Below the pieces are notes generated by a model, which did no database searches, was not told the DNA's origin, and saw nothing but the letters and a program-made list of their open reading frames with translations. From Amoeboaphelidium protococcarum X5 (taxonomy: Eukaryota > Fungi > Aphelidiomycota), in NCBI GenBank assembly GCA_023515725.1, contig JALDTO010000142.1:496001-560000 (forward strand): a DNA stretch of 64,000 nucleotides. The letters run 5' to 3'. How positions within the stretch are numbered: position 1 is the first letter of the stretch; each line of letters starts with the position of its first letter. This document shows positions 26,140 to 38,398 of the stretch, piece by piece. The position numbers and the translations under genes were made by a program.

Positions 26140-26763
26140 TCATATACGTTCAAATGAATCTGATACTATGCGAGGATTCTTGTTGGTGAGCACCTTCTTA
26201 TGACTTTCAGCGTAGTCAAAGGTGCAGTTGTGATTAGCACTAATCTTGTGAGCATCACAGAATACATAGCCGCACTTGCACTTGTTAGATATCTGTTTAG
26301 CCATATTCATTTTCAGTTTACATATATTGCACCGCTTCAGCTTGGCAGGATTAATTTCAGCTACAGCTACTTCTTTATCACCACTTTCTGTTGTTGATGT
26401 TGCAGTCTCCTTGACATCAGCTGCAGTACCGCCGCTTTAAATATCGGCAGTCACATGATCAACGACGGCGGACGAATCACTTGATATACGAGCATCATCC
26501 ACAGGAATAAAAGTGGCAGTTGATGATGGAGAGGCAATAGTAGATGAAGGAGCAGAGATGGCAGGAGTAGATACTGGAGCAGCTGATCCGGATATCTGTT
26601 ACGATGATGCGGATGCGGAAGGATTATTACTACTAGCATTTGATTACATCATCTTATAACACTTGGAGCACATCTGACCAAATTATTCATTTCCAAAGAA
26701 GCCACAATTGGCGATACAGAGTTGAGGCTCTTTAGCAGGACTAGGCGTTTACTAATTATTCAT
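26140..26763 (-). CDS. A20/AN1 zinc-finger protein (ZFAND5/6-like)
   Basis: A20 finger LCIANCGFFGNEQFGQMCSKCYK and AN1 finger RCNICK...CKCGYVFCDAHKISANHNCTFDY. Confidence 0.92.
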
Positions 26764-27282
26764 ATCAAATTTAATATAGTTAAAGTTTATAGCTGTTCAA
26801 TAGCAAATATAATAATCAATCAGCTGATGACTGAAATGTGATTGAGAGAGTGAGAAGAAGGAAAGGAAGGCCAGTTTGCCGGCAAAATGATGTCAATGCC
26901 GACGTTGATTTCCGATTGGGCAAAAACTATAATGTGATCACGCGATTTAAATTGATCTTTGAGTTACTCTGTGTTTCCCGCTCAGTCTTCTGCATTCCAA
27001 ATAGGATTTACTGAAAGCGGAAATCGTTCATCTTGGATGAAACAAATGTATTCGATTCAACGCGTTCATGCTTTCCTATTTCAATCATGACGATGATGAT
27101 GATATTTTACTCTTATGCTTTCTTTATTTCAAATACAGTATAGACGTTTCTTCTTTGTTCATTACAACTTTACTTTGAACAAAAATTCTTTTTTGCCAGC
27201 CAAACTAATTTATTCAGGAACGCTAAAATTTTCTCTTCTGAATAGTTAGTCACTTTAAGTATATAATCAATTTTCTAGTTCA

Positions 27283-28941
27283 ATGTCAGAAATAGAGACC
27301 GAGGAAGAGGAATTTGCTAGTGCTTCAGAAGGCGAAGATTTTATTGACAATTCGGAACTCCCCTCTGCTACCAATGTATTGGATCAACGTTAAGAGAGAC
27401 CGGAAGATGATCCAACTATAGTTCATGGAACTCAATGTTCTGAGTCGCATTAACATGAATAGAATGCACCTTCTTTGGTCGATGAAGTAGATTAGTCTTC
27501 TGATAATAAAGAGTAATAATCTGAAAAGTAATAATAATAATAAGAGTAACCAAGTGCAGGCGGCTGGTCAAGTTGGTTAACTTCTGCTATATCCGCTGTG
27601 TAAGAATCGCTTCAAGATGATTTGAATGATCTCTCTGAGACTGCTAAAGATATTGGTGGCAAGGTGACCAAAGTATCTGACGTGGTTGGAACTAAAGTTT
27701 ACACTACTCTAGATGGCGGTCAGACGGTGGATTTTCGTGTGGCCGATGATTAGTCAGTTGGTGGTGGTGCTGGTGACAATGTGGACGGTGGAGATGGACA
27801 ACAAGTTATAACTAGTCCAAATGGCAGTATCATGAAGGGAACTGAAGTTGTTATTAAAGGACTTGACTCGGCCATGGATTTTACTTCAGATTTATTGGGT
27901 AATGCAGTGCTAACTTCCATCAAGAAGTTGAATGAAGTGCAGATTTAGGATAAACTCAAAGATGGTCAAGTTGTTGGTCAAGTGCTATTCTAGAATGGTG
28001 TCGGCGCATTGGAAGCTATAGGCAGTATTATTGGAAGTAAGACTGCTAATTTACTCGCAGAGAAGCGTAATTAGTAGAAGGAGAAGAGTATGCAGTAGAA
28101 CAAGCTGAAAGGCCGCCGTGTACCTAGAATTGCTACTGTGCACGACTATTTTGATGATAATTGTGGACTTGCCCATATGCAAGCACTGGAAATGCTGTCC
28201 GAAGAAGCCAAGAGTAAAACTTTGGTCATTCAGGATGTAGACACGTCTCTAGTTGATTAATTGCTCTCTCAAGAGAAGTTGCAAGATGGATGTAGTAATT
28301 TGGTGATAGACTCTGAGCATTTCGATTAAGCAAGTGCATTTGCAAGTGAAGCTAGAGACATATTGTAAAATGTTGGTGTTGGCAATTTCACTCAAGTTGA
28401 TGATATGGACAAGTATAAGAGCACTCTTCAAATTAAGATTTAGCAGAAGTTTGAGTAATACTAAGCCTAAATGGATAAGATCAACGATTAAGATGCTTAA
28501 GGAGAGGAGCGGGATAATGCGACTGACAACTTTACCCGCCAGTATTAGAGTTTATGTGCACAGTCTTTAGCCGATATTGCAGAAATGTCTTGTGAGTAGA
28601 TACTGCGATTGGCTGAGATTTTTCTAATGTCGATTGCGGAGTAGTAGATGAAAGCAGGTGAGTAATCAACCTCTGATAGAGCGGACAATGTTGAGAAATT
28701 GTGTTAGAATGTTGAATAGCTAGTAGTTTAGATGGTAAAGCTGTTGGCTGGTTGTGCCTCAATGTTAAATTAGAGTAGAAGTTAATTCATAGAATACGCA
28801 GTCAGTCACAATGTCCAATGCTCGAAACTATAGAATTTGGAAAAGCAGATACAAATCGACTTTGAGATCTGCAAGTCTTGGGTGATTGACTCCGCTTTAT
28901 GCCTTACATCTATTCTCAAGCTAATGATGGCCATAAAGTGA
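27283..28941 (+). CDS. FAM114A/DUF719-like protein
   Basis: Acidic N-terminus, GGWSSWLTSA, NGVGALEAIG, YFDDNCGLAHMQALEMLSEE. 552-aa open frame. Confidence 0.72.
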
Positions 28942-29122
28942 TTAGTCTTTGATCATCATCCATTAAATGATATGGCTCAAGTCGAAAAGAATTTCAAGTA
29001 GAAATGAGAAAATACAATCATGTCAGCAATATTGTACTGTATATTTTTTATGATAATAATCACTCTAGCTCATTATAAGTTCATAAACAAGAAAGAGCAA
29101 TAAGCACTTGCAATGATCAGAT

Positions 29123-30442
29123 TCACAACTGGAAGCGGACAGACTTGATGATCTCAGCATCGATCTCAGACTTCATCATGACCTTCTGAGCAACAGCTGC
29201 AGACTCCTTGTCAGCAAGATGGCGGGAATCATCAACACCGTTGAACAGCAACTTGTTAGGAGATCCCCATCCGGCTCTCTTCACCTTGTTAGGAGTGGAC
29301 AGCTCCAGAACACGCTTCTTCAACTCAGCAGGAGTATAGTCCTACTCAGCAATCAGCAGAGCCATCACACCACAAACGTGTGGGGAAGCCATGGAAGTAC
29401 CAGAAATGGTGATGGTGGAGTTGACATCATCGTTCCAAGCAGCGGTAATCTCGTGACCAGGAGCAAAGATATCGACACACTTGCCGTAGTTACTGAAGTA
29501 AGCACGAGCATCATAACGGTCAGTAGCACCGACAGTGAGAGCATCTTCAGCACCAGCAGGTGAGTAGCGGCAGGCATCACGGTTGTCATTACCGGCAGCA
29601 ACGGCGAACAGGACACCCTGCTTAATGGCACTGTTGACAGCATTATCCAGCATGGTAGACTTTCCACCACCCAGAGACATGTTGGCTACACTCTTGATCA
29701 GCTTGTTGGCGCGCACTCTCTTCTTGTGGTCGCTGGCAACGAACTCAATGCCGGCCAGGACATCAGCAGTGGAGCCGTAGCCAGAAGATCTCAACACCTT
29801 GACGTTGATAATGGTAGCCTTCTTAGCAACACCGTACAGCTTACCAGCAATAGTGGAAGCGACGTGAGTACCGTGATTACCATCAGCCTCCTTCTCACCA
29901 CGAGGCACAACGACACCAAGCTCAGCGCGATTCTCAAAGTCAGTGTGGTTAACCAGGACACCATTGTCAACAACGTACACATTAACACCCTCACCGGCAG
30001 ACTTGTAGAAGACATACTCATCCTTCATTGGAAGATTGCGCTGAGAGACACGCTTCAGACCCCAATTATCAGGGGAAGCCTGGCGGTCATACTGCTCATC
30101 AGAGATCTTGTACACCTGATTGGCCTCGATAAAGTCAACATCGGGCATGTGACGCACCTTGGCCAGAGTCTGCTCATCAAGCACAGCAGCGTAACCCAAG
30201 TTGAAGCGGTGGATGATATTGTTTGACTGAATCAAAGACTCGCCAAATAACGCGTCCAGATGAGCCTACACAAGGCCAGGATACGCGCCATCACTGCTGA
30301 CAGCCATATCAGGAGCCTTCAACTGCACCAGATACTCATTAGGAATCTCCAGCGATGGCTCAGAGGCAAACAGAAGTGGAGCAAGACGCTCAGCAGATAC
30401 AGCGGTAAAGCCAACAATGGCAGCGATAGATGATAATAACAT
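29123..30442 (-). CDS. PRB1: Subtilisin-family (S8) vacuolar protease B with signal peptide and I9 propeptide
   Basis: VYVVDNG, DGNHGTHVAST, ANMSLGG, AAGN, ISGTSMASPHVCG. Confidence 0.95.
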
Positions 30443-30909
30443 GGTGTTATAAATACAAGGACGCGTTACTTATTACAAAAGGGTGATGATAAGTAATTGT
30501 GGGAAAGAGAAAGATAGAAAAAGAAGCGAAAGGACTCCGTTTAGGTACGCAATGTCGTGATCTCTCGCTCGATCAATCATCATCGGGCCGCGTCGAATCA
30601 GATGACCTTTGATCTCCTTTGTTTCAATCAAGCTCGACCCCTGATTGGGTGTGGTGCATATAAATTGGACAGTGATCAAATCATAGCTTGGCAATTTGAT
30701 TAACTGCATATATTACTTTTTAAAGACTAATTTAAAGTCCTGAGTTGAATTTTGATTAAGACTTGATTAGCTGTAGATGCCAATCAATGCCTTAATGCCT
30801 TACGCAATAGACTTGTAGCATTCGGTTTCAACTTTGATGCGCTTTTCGCTAATGAAATAAACTAAGATCACCGTAAAGTCAAATAAACATGCTTCATTAT
30901 TTAAAAAAA

Positions 30910-33030
30910 TCAACGCAAATTTTAAATTTTACAGTAATCACTTTAACGCTACTTCAGCAAATCAACGAATCTCATTTCTTGATACTTGTCCAGACCAACT
31001 CCTGCCGACGGATCAGATGCACGACCATACTGCATCAGGGCACGTTTATTAAATGGTTAAGGATAATTACTCACAGCGGTTTGATTCATGGATTATCCAG
31101 CACCAAGTGAACGATAATTTACATCGAAATCATCACTAAGACTTGATGCCAATTTATCCATGTCCTCCTCAGTAAGAGATCCTATTTGTGGAGCCGTAGT
31201 TAAAGAGTAATTCTGTTCACGTTACGCAACATGTTCAGCCTCTTCAATCATCAAAAGGCGCTCCTTAACATCGGGACGCTGACACAAATTCACAAGAGCT
31301 TTGAAGAATCTCAACAACAGACACCAAACATTACTGATACCTTCAAGGACTGCTAGCGAGTTGTCAAACCGATTCTTGACATCCATCGACAGTATCATAT
31401 TATCAGTCATGCAAATAAACGATATTCTAATAAGACTCGAATAGAACACGGCAAGTCCTGCAACTACCGTGCACGATCCCAGTTAATTAACTTGTTGATC
31501 AATCTCATTCGACAGCTGCAAAGCAAAGTCCAAATCAGACGGATGAGTCTTGGCAACCTCATTCAAATCCAAAGTCAGTGCTTAAGGACAATATGAAATC
31601 AGTTCAACGAGCAAATGCGCAAGTACCGAGTCACAAGTCTAACTCAAGTCGGTCTTTTCCAGTACTTCCTCAGAGTCCTGTCTAACAGAGTTACAACGCG
31701 TCTAGTCATAGAATGGCTGGTAGGAGCTCACCTAAACACTTTCCATCAATTTACCCAAATTATGTGCAGCAATGACTTGGGAGCAGAAATCGCTATATCC
31801 CACATCCGCTTACTGGTAAGTTTGCAGAGTAATCTCAGGCAGAGCCTATGCAGTATTGTATTCTGACAACATCACCAGATCGCTATCAGGTAACTCCACC
31901 GAGGACTCATGGTCGGCAATGATAACGCCGCGCTTCCCCACTGCAGCGTATAATCTATCCAAGATGTAACACAACCACCAAGTTCTTCTAGAAGTCTCTG
32001 TCAACACAATGTTCTTACAACTAAATAAAGAGTAATTCAAATTTAGTCTTCTACTCGACTCTATCGCCTCCTCCAAATACCGACTGGCCAGCGTTAGACT
32101 ACCACGCATAGAATGGGTCATTGAGATTAGTTGGAGAGATTAGATGCGCCAAATTTCATGCAGACTATTCTACTGGAAGCTTACTGCGGCTGACATCTAC
32201 ATGGCCTGCATAAAGTACTATGACGCCATCTCTGGAGTGACAAAAGACAATGACTAAGCAGCCAGAGCATGATGACACACCAAAGCGTAAAGTGATAGAC
32301 ATAGAACATGATGAGTCGTGCTATAATGATTAAACGCAGCCACAAACAAGCTTCTACATATGATAGGTGCCTCAGACCATAAATGCTAGTAATAATAATC
32401 AATCAGCTCGGATTAAAACTCTAAGCTAAAGTTTAATAAGGGACTGGCACCAGACTGATCAACAACGTTTACAGGAGGAAGAGATCCCGTCATCAAAGGA
32501 GCTTTAGGTAGGAACGCTTAGTTTTACATCATGGCATTAACATTTAAAAGTCCAGGCTGCGGCTACTTATTCATAGAATTGAGAACTCGAGCATCAGGTG
32601 CTTTCAGCTATGGAAGCGTTCTCTGCGGAACGGGTGCATTCTAAGTCAGAAGGTCTTACTTGGAGTACACCACATTAGATGACTTCATATCAGAATCACG
32701 GTGAGCAGACTAGCGCTACGGTGGCTAAGATTGTCTCTCCTTCCTCTTGCGACTCTCACCAGAGTAGATGCATTCAATGTTCCGCTTAGCACACGTAGGA
32801 CACGGATGGCCACCAAGACACCTCGTCTTTCGCCTATGACAGTTATCACAAGCAATATTGATCCTCTTCTTTCTATCCACTTATTGACGCTTCTACTATA
32901 AGTCTAATTACTACTACTGCTACTACGATTATTACGAGAACTGCTATTACTACTCTCTATTCAGCTCTTAAATACTGTCAAACTGATCAGAACCATCAGA
33001 ATCATACTACTAATACTATTTATTCATCAT
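30910..33030 (-). CDS. Zn(II)2Cys6 binuclear-cluster transcription factor with fungal TF middle domain
   Basis: ACDNCHRRKTRCLGGHPCPTCAKRNIECIY and ETSRRTWWLCYILDR. N-terminal polyQ encoded by TAG/TAA. Confidence 0.92.
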
Positions 33031-33664
33031 TTCAGACTACGAATACGCACAGAGCTACCACGAATGTTATATTGAATTATTGTTATATTATTTCACAGAT
33101 AATCAGTTGCAATTAAAAAAAATATATGAAGAATAGGGACTAACCACGTACAATATGGCTCAGGTTGATAAGAGTCCGGGAAAATGACGACTTCGAAGTG
33201 ATGATTCATCAATCAATCAGTCAGTCAGTCAGTTTCATTTCATATTCTCTGTCACTGAAAAATGGATGGTTCAGCATCATTGCGCTGCCACTCTCTTAAA
33301 AGTGAATTTCATTAGCTCTTCTTTATTCGGAGATTTAACTAGAGCTGAAATAAATTAAGAAATGCAATTGGCGAAGTAGTATTGTCTCTGCAGTGGTAGT
33401 AGTAACACAAAACGGGTGATCCGTAATTTCTATGGCCGCTTGATCGTTCAGTAATCACCAACTCTTAAGGATATCATGCTCGTGGCTATATCTCTTTAAT
33501 CTCTGAGATATGGTAATTGATCGCTTACATACAATACGGAATAGACATGAATTCACGCTATCGCGCGTTGGCCTAAATTTTGTTTGATTAAACATCATAG
33601 GATTGTCCACTCGCAGCAATGCACATTTGGCTATAACTGGGACTCGCCATGCTGTGCCTTTACC

Positions 33665-33859
33665 CAGGGACGGAGCGTCTAAGGACCTGACCCGGACCAG
33701 GTCCGGGTCAAATACTATTGGAAAAGACATAAAAGCAACGTTTTGCGTTGTTTGGCTTACTTATTAGGCAAAAATATATTAAATCAACATTTAAAACACA
33801 AAATTTTAACGTTGGTCCGGGTCAAATTTTGAATTTTCTCGTCTTGCGCTACGTCCCTG
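33665..33859. mobile_element. hAT-type MITE (195 bp)
   Basis: TIRs CAGGGACGGAGCG / CGCTACGTCCCTG (1 mismatch). Exact 8-bp TSD CCTTTACC at 33657-33664 and 33860-33867. Internal palindrome TGACCCGGACC-A-GGTCCGGGTCA. Confidence 0.9.
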
Positions 33860-34179
33860 CCTTTACCCATGTAAGTTAGCCACTCATTCTCCACTATTGA
33901 TTCTTCATATTCACTGTATTAAGTATGGATATCATAATTTTTTAACGTTTCATCATGGTTCCTCATTGAGCTAATGTTTAGAAAAGGTGCAACCTGTTTT
34001 GGCTAATGTAATCACAACTAAAAGTGCTGATTCTGTTAGACAATGGCTTATAGTTTAATAACATTTCATGGTCATCATTAGTGGAATGACGATAGATCAT
34101 TTCATTCATTACGAAAGTATCAAATGTAATGGGTTGGCACTTGATCGATTACGCGATGGAGCCTGCGACTTTGGAAGCT

Positions 34180-34683
34180 TGACATTCACCCGCTGCTAAA
34201 AGTGTCACCATTTACCACTTTCAATAGTCTCATTCTAAAGAGCACTCAAAACTACACCAATTCGCTAAATATGAATGTTTTAACATCACTCCTCATAACG
34301 TCAGACACTTTAGCCATAAAATAGGGCTAAACTTTTGACTTTAGCCAGAAAATGTGGCTAAAGTATTTCACCTTTCGAGGCTGGCGAATTCGCACTTGAA
34401 GTAAGATTATATCAATCCTAAATAGTCTATTGCATAGTTCCACCGAGGTCTGAAGTGGTGATGGTGTTTTATAGCGGCACTTTTGTTGATTGATTAGACA
34501 AAAAATAACCATAGATTCTGTTAACTTGAGTTCTACTGGCGGTATCAATGTTATCACGCAATTGATGACCAATATTATTGGTACCAGCTTGTAGCGCATT
34601 CAATGGTGTACTTGTTCATCAAATACAATCGAGTTGTAACAATGAGTGAGCTTTTGCGGGTTTGTGAAGTCTGTGAATTGACA
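34180..34683. repeat. ~500-bp direct repeat, copy 1
   Basis: Aligns with ~37885-38398. Near-identical core 34282-34462, more diverged flanks. Left boundary fuzzy. Confidence 0.9.
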
Positions 34684-34886
34684 AACATGCAATTAAACCG
34701 CAAACTGTACATTCCAGTCTGAGATCGGAGTGTAGGCAGGTGTTTCACTTTCATAATATACCACGTGTTAAATAATTGCAGATTTCTGTTGTTTAACCTA
34801 ATTGCCCATAGTTCAAGACAAACAGCATCTGGTTGTGTGCCCTTGGCAGTTTGGCTATGGTAATGCACGACGCTCAAGCATTTATG

Positions 34887-35018
34887 TTATGGTCACTCAG
34901 TGAGAGTTCAAGAAATCCAATAGTTTTCAAAACTCGTTGGATGTTACACTTGCAAGGCACTCATATAATGCAAGTTAACTTGAGAGAGTTGGAACACAGT
35001 TGCCTCTATAAAGTGACC
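34887..35018. repeat. Diverged ~130-bp direct repeat flanking the 363-bp array (second copy ~36153-36286)
   Basis: Shared TTATGGTCACTC...TTTTCAAAACxCGTTGGATGT...CACTCA...AGTTAA...AGTTG...AGTGACC. Confidence 0.75.
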
Positions 35019-35057
35019 CCAAACAGATTTGCTATGGCCGACGGGGAGCCTCCTTAC

Positions 35058-36107
35058 AACACACATCAATTATATAGTCCCTGATAGTTTTGACGCGGTA
35101 CAAAGCCGTATGTCTCACTAAATGACTATGCTGAATAAACTACAGTTGAAGCGACGTTGTAATAGCTTCTCGCTGCCGAGATATTTCGTATGCATCAAAA
35201 CTGCATTCGCTCATGTTCCGTATGCATCAAAACTGCATTCGACATTATTGCAGGACCAGACTATGAACGGCTTGCTAAATCTACTTGAAATAGATATTTC
35301 ATATGGTGAATATAGTAAATCTGCTTAAATCTTGTTGCCATATCTTTTCTAGTTGTCATAACGAAGTTTCAGGTGAGACTGCTCAACGCCTGTTGATGTC
35401 ACAGACCAGCGATCCGATGAAACACACATCAATTTAATAGTCCCTGATAATTTTGACGCGGTACAAAGTCGTCAGTCTCACTAACTGACTATGCTGAATC
35501 AACTGCAGTTGAAGCGACGTTGTAATAGCTTCTCGCTGCCGAGATATTTCGTATGCATCAAAACTGCATTCGCTCATGTTCCGTATGCATCAAAACTGCA
35601 TTCGACATTATTGCAGGACCAGACTATGAACGGCTGGCTAAATCTACTTGAAATAGATATTTTATATGGTGAATATAGTAAATCTGCTTAAATCTAGTCA
35701 CCATATCTTTTCTGGTTGTTACAGCGCAGTTTCAGGTGAGACTGCTCAACACGTGTTAATGTCACAGACCAGCGATCCGATAGAACACACATCAATTATA
35801 TAATCCCTGATAATTTTGACGCGGTACAAAGCCGTATGTCTCATTTTCTAACTAAGCTGAATAAACTACAGTTGAAGCGACGTTGTAATAGCTTCTCGCT
35901 GCCGAGATATTTCGTATGCATCAAAACTGCATTCGCTCATGTTCCGTATGCATCAAAACTGCATTCGACATTATTGCAGGACCAGACTATGAACGGCTGG
36001 CTAAATCTACTTGAAATAGATATTTTATATGGTGAATATAGTAAATCTGCTTAAATCTTGTTGCCATATCTTTTCTAGTTGTCATAACGAAGTTTCAGGT
36101 GAGACTG
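35058..36107. repeat. Tandem array, 363-bp unit, ~2.9 copies
   Basis: AACACACATCAATT at 35058, 35421 and 35784. Each unit holds an internal duplication of CGTATGCATCAAAACTGCATTCG. Confidence 0.95.
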
Positions 36108-36299
36108 GTCGTCGTAACGATGTTACAAGCCAGCTACAGCTTAGCCATTTGATTATGGTCACTCTATGAGCCGACTTAAAGTGTACTGGTTTTTCAAAAC
36201 ACGTTGGATGTGGCATTTACTAGACACTCAGATAGTTGGAGTTAATTTTGATAAACTTGGAATTAAGTTGTCTCTAGAGAGTGACCACTTCGTCTGGAG

Positions 36300-37840
36300 T
36301 TTACTGAGCGATTTTAAAGATTACAGTGTAACAGCACAGCCAGTTGCCAACTTCAGCATAATTGAAAACTACTCACATATACAATATTAACCATTCTCCA
36401 TCATCTAAAGCAGCCAGCACAGGCGCAGCAAGAGATTTGCTGTAGACGGTGCAGAGTCTAGATATTAGAATATCCGGCCGAGAAATTTTAGAAACTAGGA
36501 TGTGACAGTACTTTGAGTAGACAACTTGTAGGAGCTTGAAAACTATTAGGATATATAAATTGACAATTTGTAATCATCTAAAGCAGCCAGCGAATGTACA
36601 GCATGACTTTCAGTATTGAGAGATCAGAGTCTAGTTATTAGAATATCAGCACAGCGCGTTACTATATGTTTACCGAGCGATTCCACAGATTAGAGCATCT
36701 CCACCGGTACTGTTTTATTGAGGTTTTGTAGCCATATCCAAAGCGAGCGATCTAAAATCAGCTCCACCGGGAGTCGCCAAATGCAAAACGGCGATCATTT
36801 TAGATCCCGAGTCGCCATAGCTCGCCTCTATGGCTTTTCGCATGGCGACTTTCCAAAATTCTTTCGCCTTGTTTTCCTTCCTTGAAACAGGTTTGAAACA
36901 AGCGCATTCTAGTATAAAATGCCAACTGGGAAGGTTTGGAGAATCATTGAGGATACTAGGCTATGTAGAGCTTGGGTGCATGCTAGTAATGATCCTATTA
37001 ATGGAACAGATTAAGATTCTAGCATTAGTATGATCTGGTTTACTTCACTTGGCTTAAATGTTTTGAAGAAAATGGTTTTGAAGACAGAGGAGGTACAGCA
37101 TGTAAGAAACGATGGTATTCAATGAATGATATTTAAGACGAATTTAATCTGCGGTCAAAATTGACCCAACGCGAGGTGTAGTTTGCTCAATCAAATAGAG
37201 CAACATGGCTTTTTTAAGTCGCCATAGATCGAAACCGGTGTGGAAACTGAGTATTCATATGGCAATTGCCATATCTGAGTCGCCATGATCTTTTCTATGG
37301 ATACTCACCGGTGGAGATGCTCTTAGAATGTAACAGCACACTGCCTAGGCAACATTAAAACACTTGAAAACTAATTGGATATAATATATTGTCTATACTA
37401 AATCACATGAAGCAGCCGGCGAGAGCGCAGCATCCGTTTTGAAGCTGTGAGTGAGCAGTCTAATTTTTAGAATATCTACCTGAGAAACTCTAGAGGTTAG
37501 AATGTAACAGCACAGCGAGCAGATCAGTTTACTACCCTTGGAAATTACTTAAACATACAATGTTAAGCATATTGAATCACCCACAGCAACCAGCAAATGC
37601 ATAGCATGAGTATTGATTTTGTCTGCGCGCATTCTGATTCCTAGACACACTCGACTAGCGCGGCTTTAATTGGAGCTAACCGAGCAATTCTATCAGTAAG
37701 AATGTAACAGCACATCGAGTAGATAACTTAAAACACAATTGGAAACTACTTGGATATTAACTTTTGACCATACTGAATTTCCCAAAGCAGTCGGCAAATG
37801 CTTAGCATGAGTTTTGCCGTTGTGAGTGAGCAGTTTGACA
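36300..37840. repeat. Degenerate tandem array, ~170-200-bp unit, 5 copies, interrupted by a MITE
   Basis: Recurring (A/G)TGTAACAGCACA-like...TTG(A/G)AAACTA...AAGCAGCC motifs near 36325, 36500, 37327, 37501 and 37701. Confidence 0.75.
36693..37322. mobile_element. PIF/Harbinger (Tourist-like) MITE, 630 bp
   Basis: Perfect 16-bp TIR GAGCATCTCCACCGGT / ACCGGTGGAGATGCTC, TTA TSD on both sides, subterminal AGTCGCCA repeats. Removing it restores the array motif AGATTA-GAATGTAACAGCACA. Confidence 0.92.
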
Positions 37841-37884
37841 CTAAGACGCTCGCAGTGGCGCAATGAGTGGATGCGCGTAGTTAA

Positions 37885-38398
37885 AACTGGACTTCTCGCC
37901 GCTCTCAAAGGGTCACCATTCAATCTTTGACCATTTTCAATAGTACCATTTTAAAGAGCATTCAAAACTACACCTATCCACCAAATATTAGAGTTTCAAC
38001 ATCACTCCTCATAACGTCAGACACTTTAGCCATAAAATATGGCTAAAGTCAAAAGATTAGCCAGAAAATGTGGCTAAAGTATCTCACCTTTCGAGGCTGG
38101 CGAATTCGCACTTGAAGTAAGATTATATCAATCCTAAATAGTCTATTGCATAGTTCCATCGAGGTCTGAAGTGGTGATAGTGTTCTATGGCGGCACGTTC
38201 GTTGATTGATGGGCTAAAGTAGCCATACATTCTTTTAACTTGAGTTCTATTAGCAATAACAATGTCATTACTCAATAGATGACCAATTTCATTGGTACCA
38301 GCTTGTAGTGCATCCAATGATGTACTTGTTCGCCAAATATTTATCGAGTTATAACAGTAAGTAAGCATATGCGGGTTTGTGAAGTCTGTGAATTGACA
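37885..38398. repeat. ~500-bp direct repeat, copy 2
   Basis: Aligns with 34180-34683. Both copies end ...GAAGTCTGTGAATTGACA. Confidence 0.9.

Noticed and set aside
27510-27550. (TAA)n/(TAG)n runs as non-coding microsatellites (also ~12960 and ~32910)
   Set aside because: They are in-frame polyQ tracts inside genes under table 6.
29219-30226. Long plus-strand ORFs opposite PRB1, and similar ones at 12743-13598, 53577-54122 and 63521-63799
   Set aside because: Antisense shadows of real genes with biased codon usage; no recognisable motifs.
33138-33177. GGACT-AACC...GGTT...AGTCC hairpin upstream of the Zn2Cys6 gene as a ribozyme or riboswitch
   Set aside because: Short, imperfect, single copy, with no family motif I recognise.
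35058-36107. 363-bp array as a protein-coding repeat or CRISPR-like array
   Set aside because: The frames I checked contain TGA in each unit, an internal 32-bp-period duplication is not a multiple of 3, and there are no unique spacers or cas genes.
34203-38398. LTR retrotransposon (copy 1 reads TGTCA...TGACA)
   Set aside because: Homology extends left of the TGTCA, copy 2 has GGTCA there, and I found no TSD, PBS, PPT or gag/pol sequence. Kept only as an unlikely alternative.
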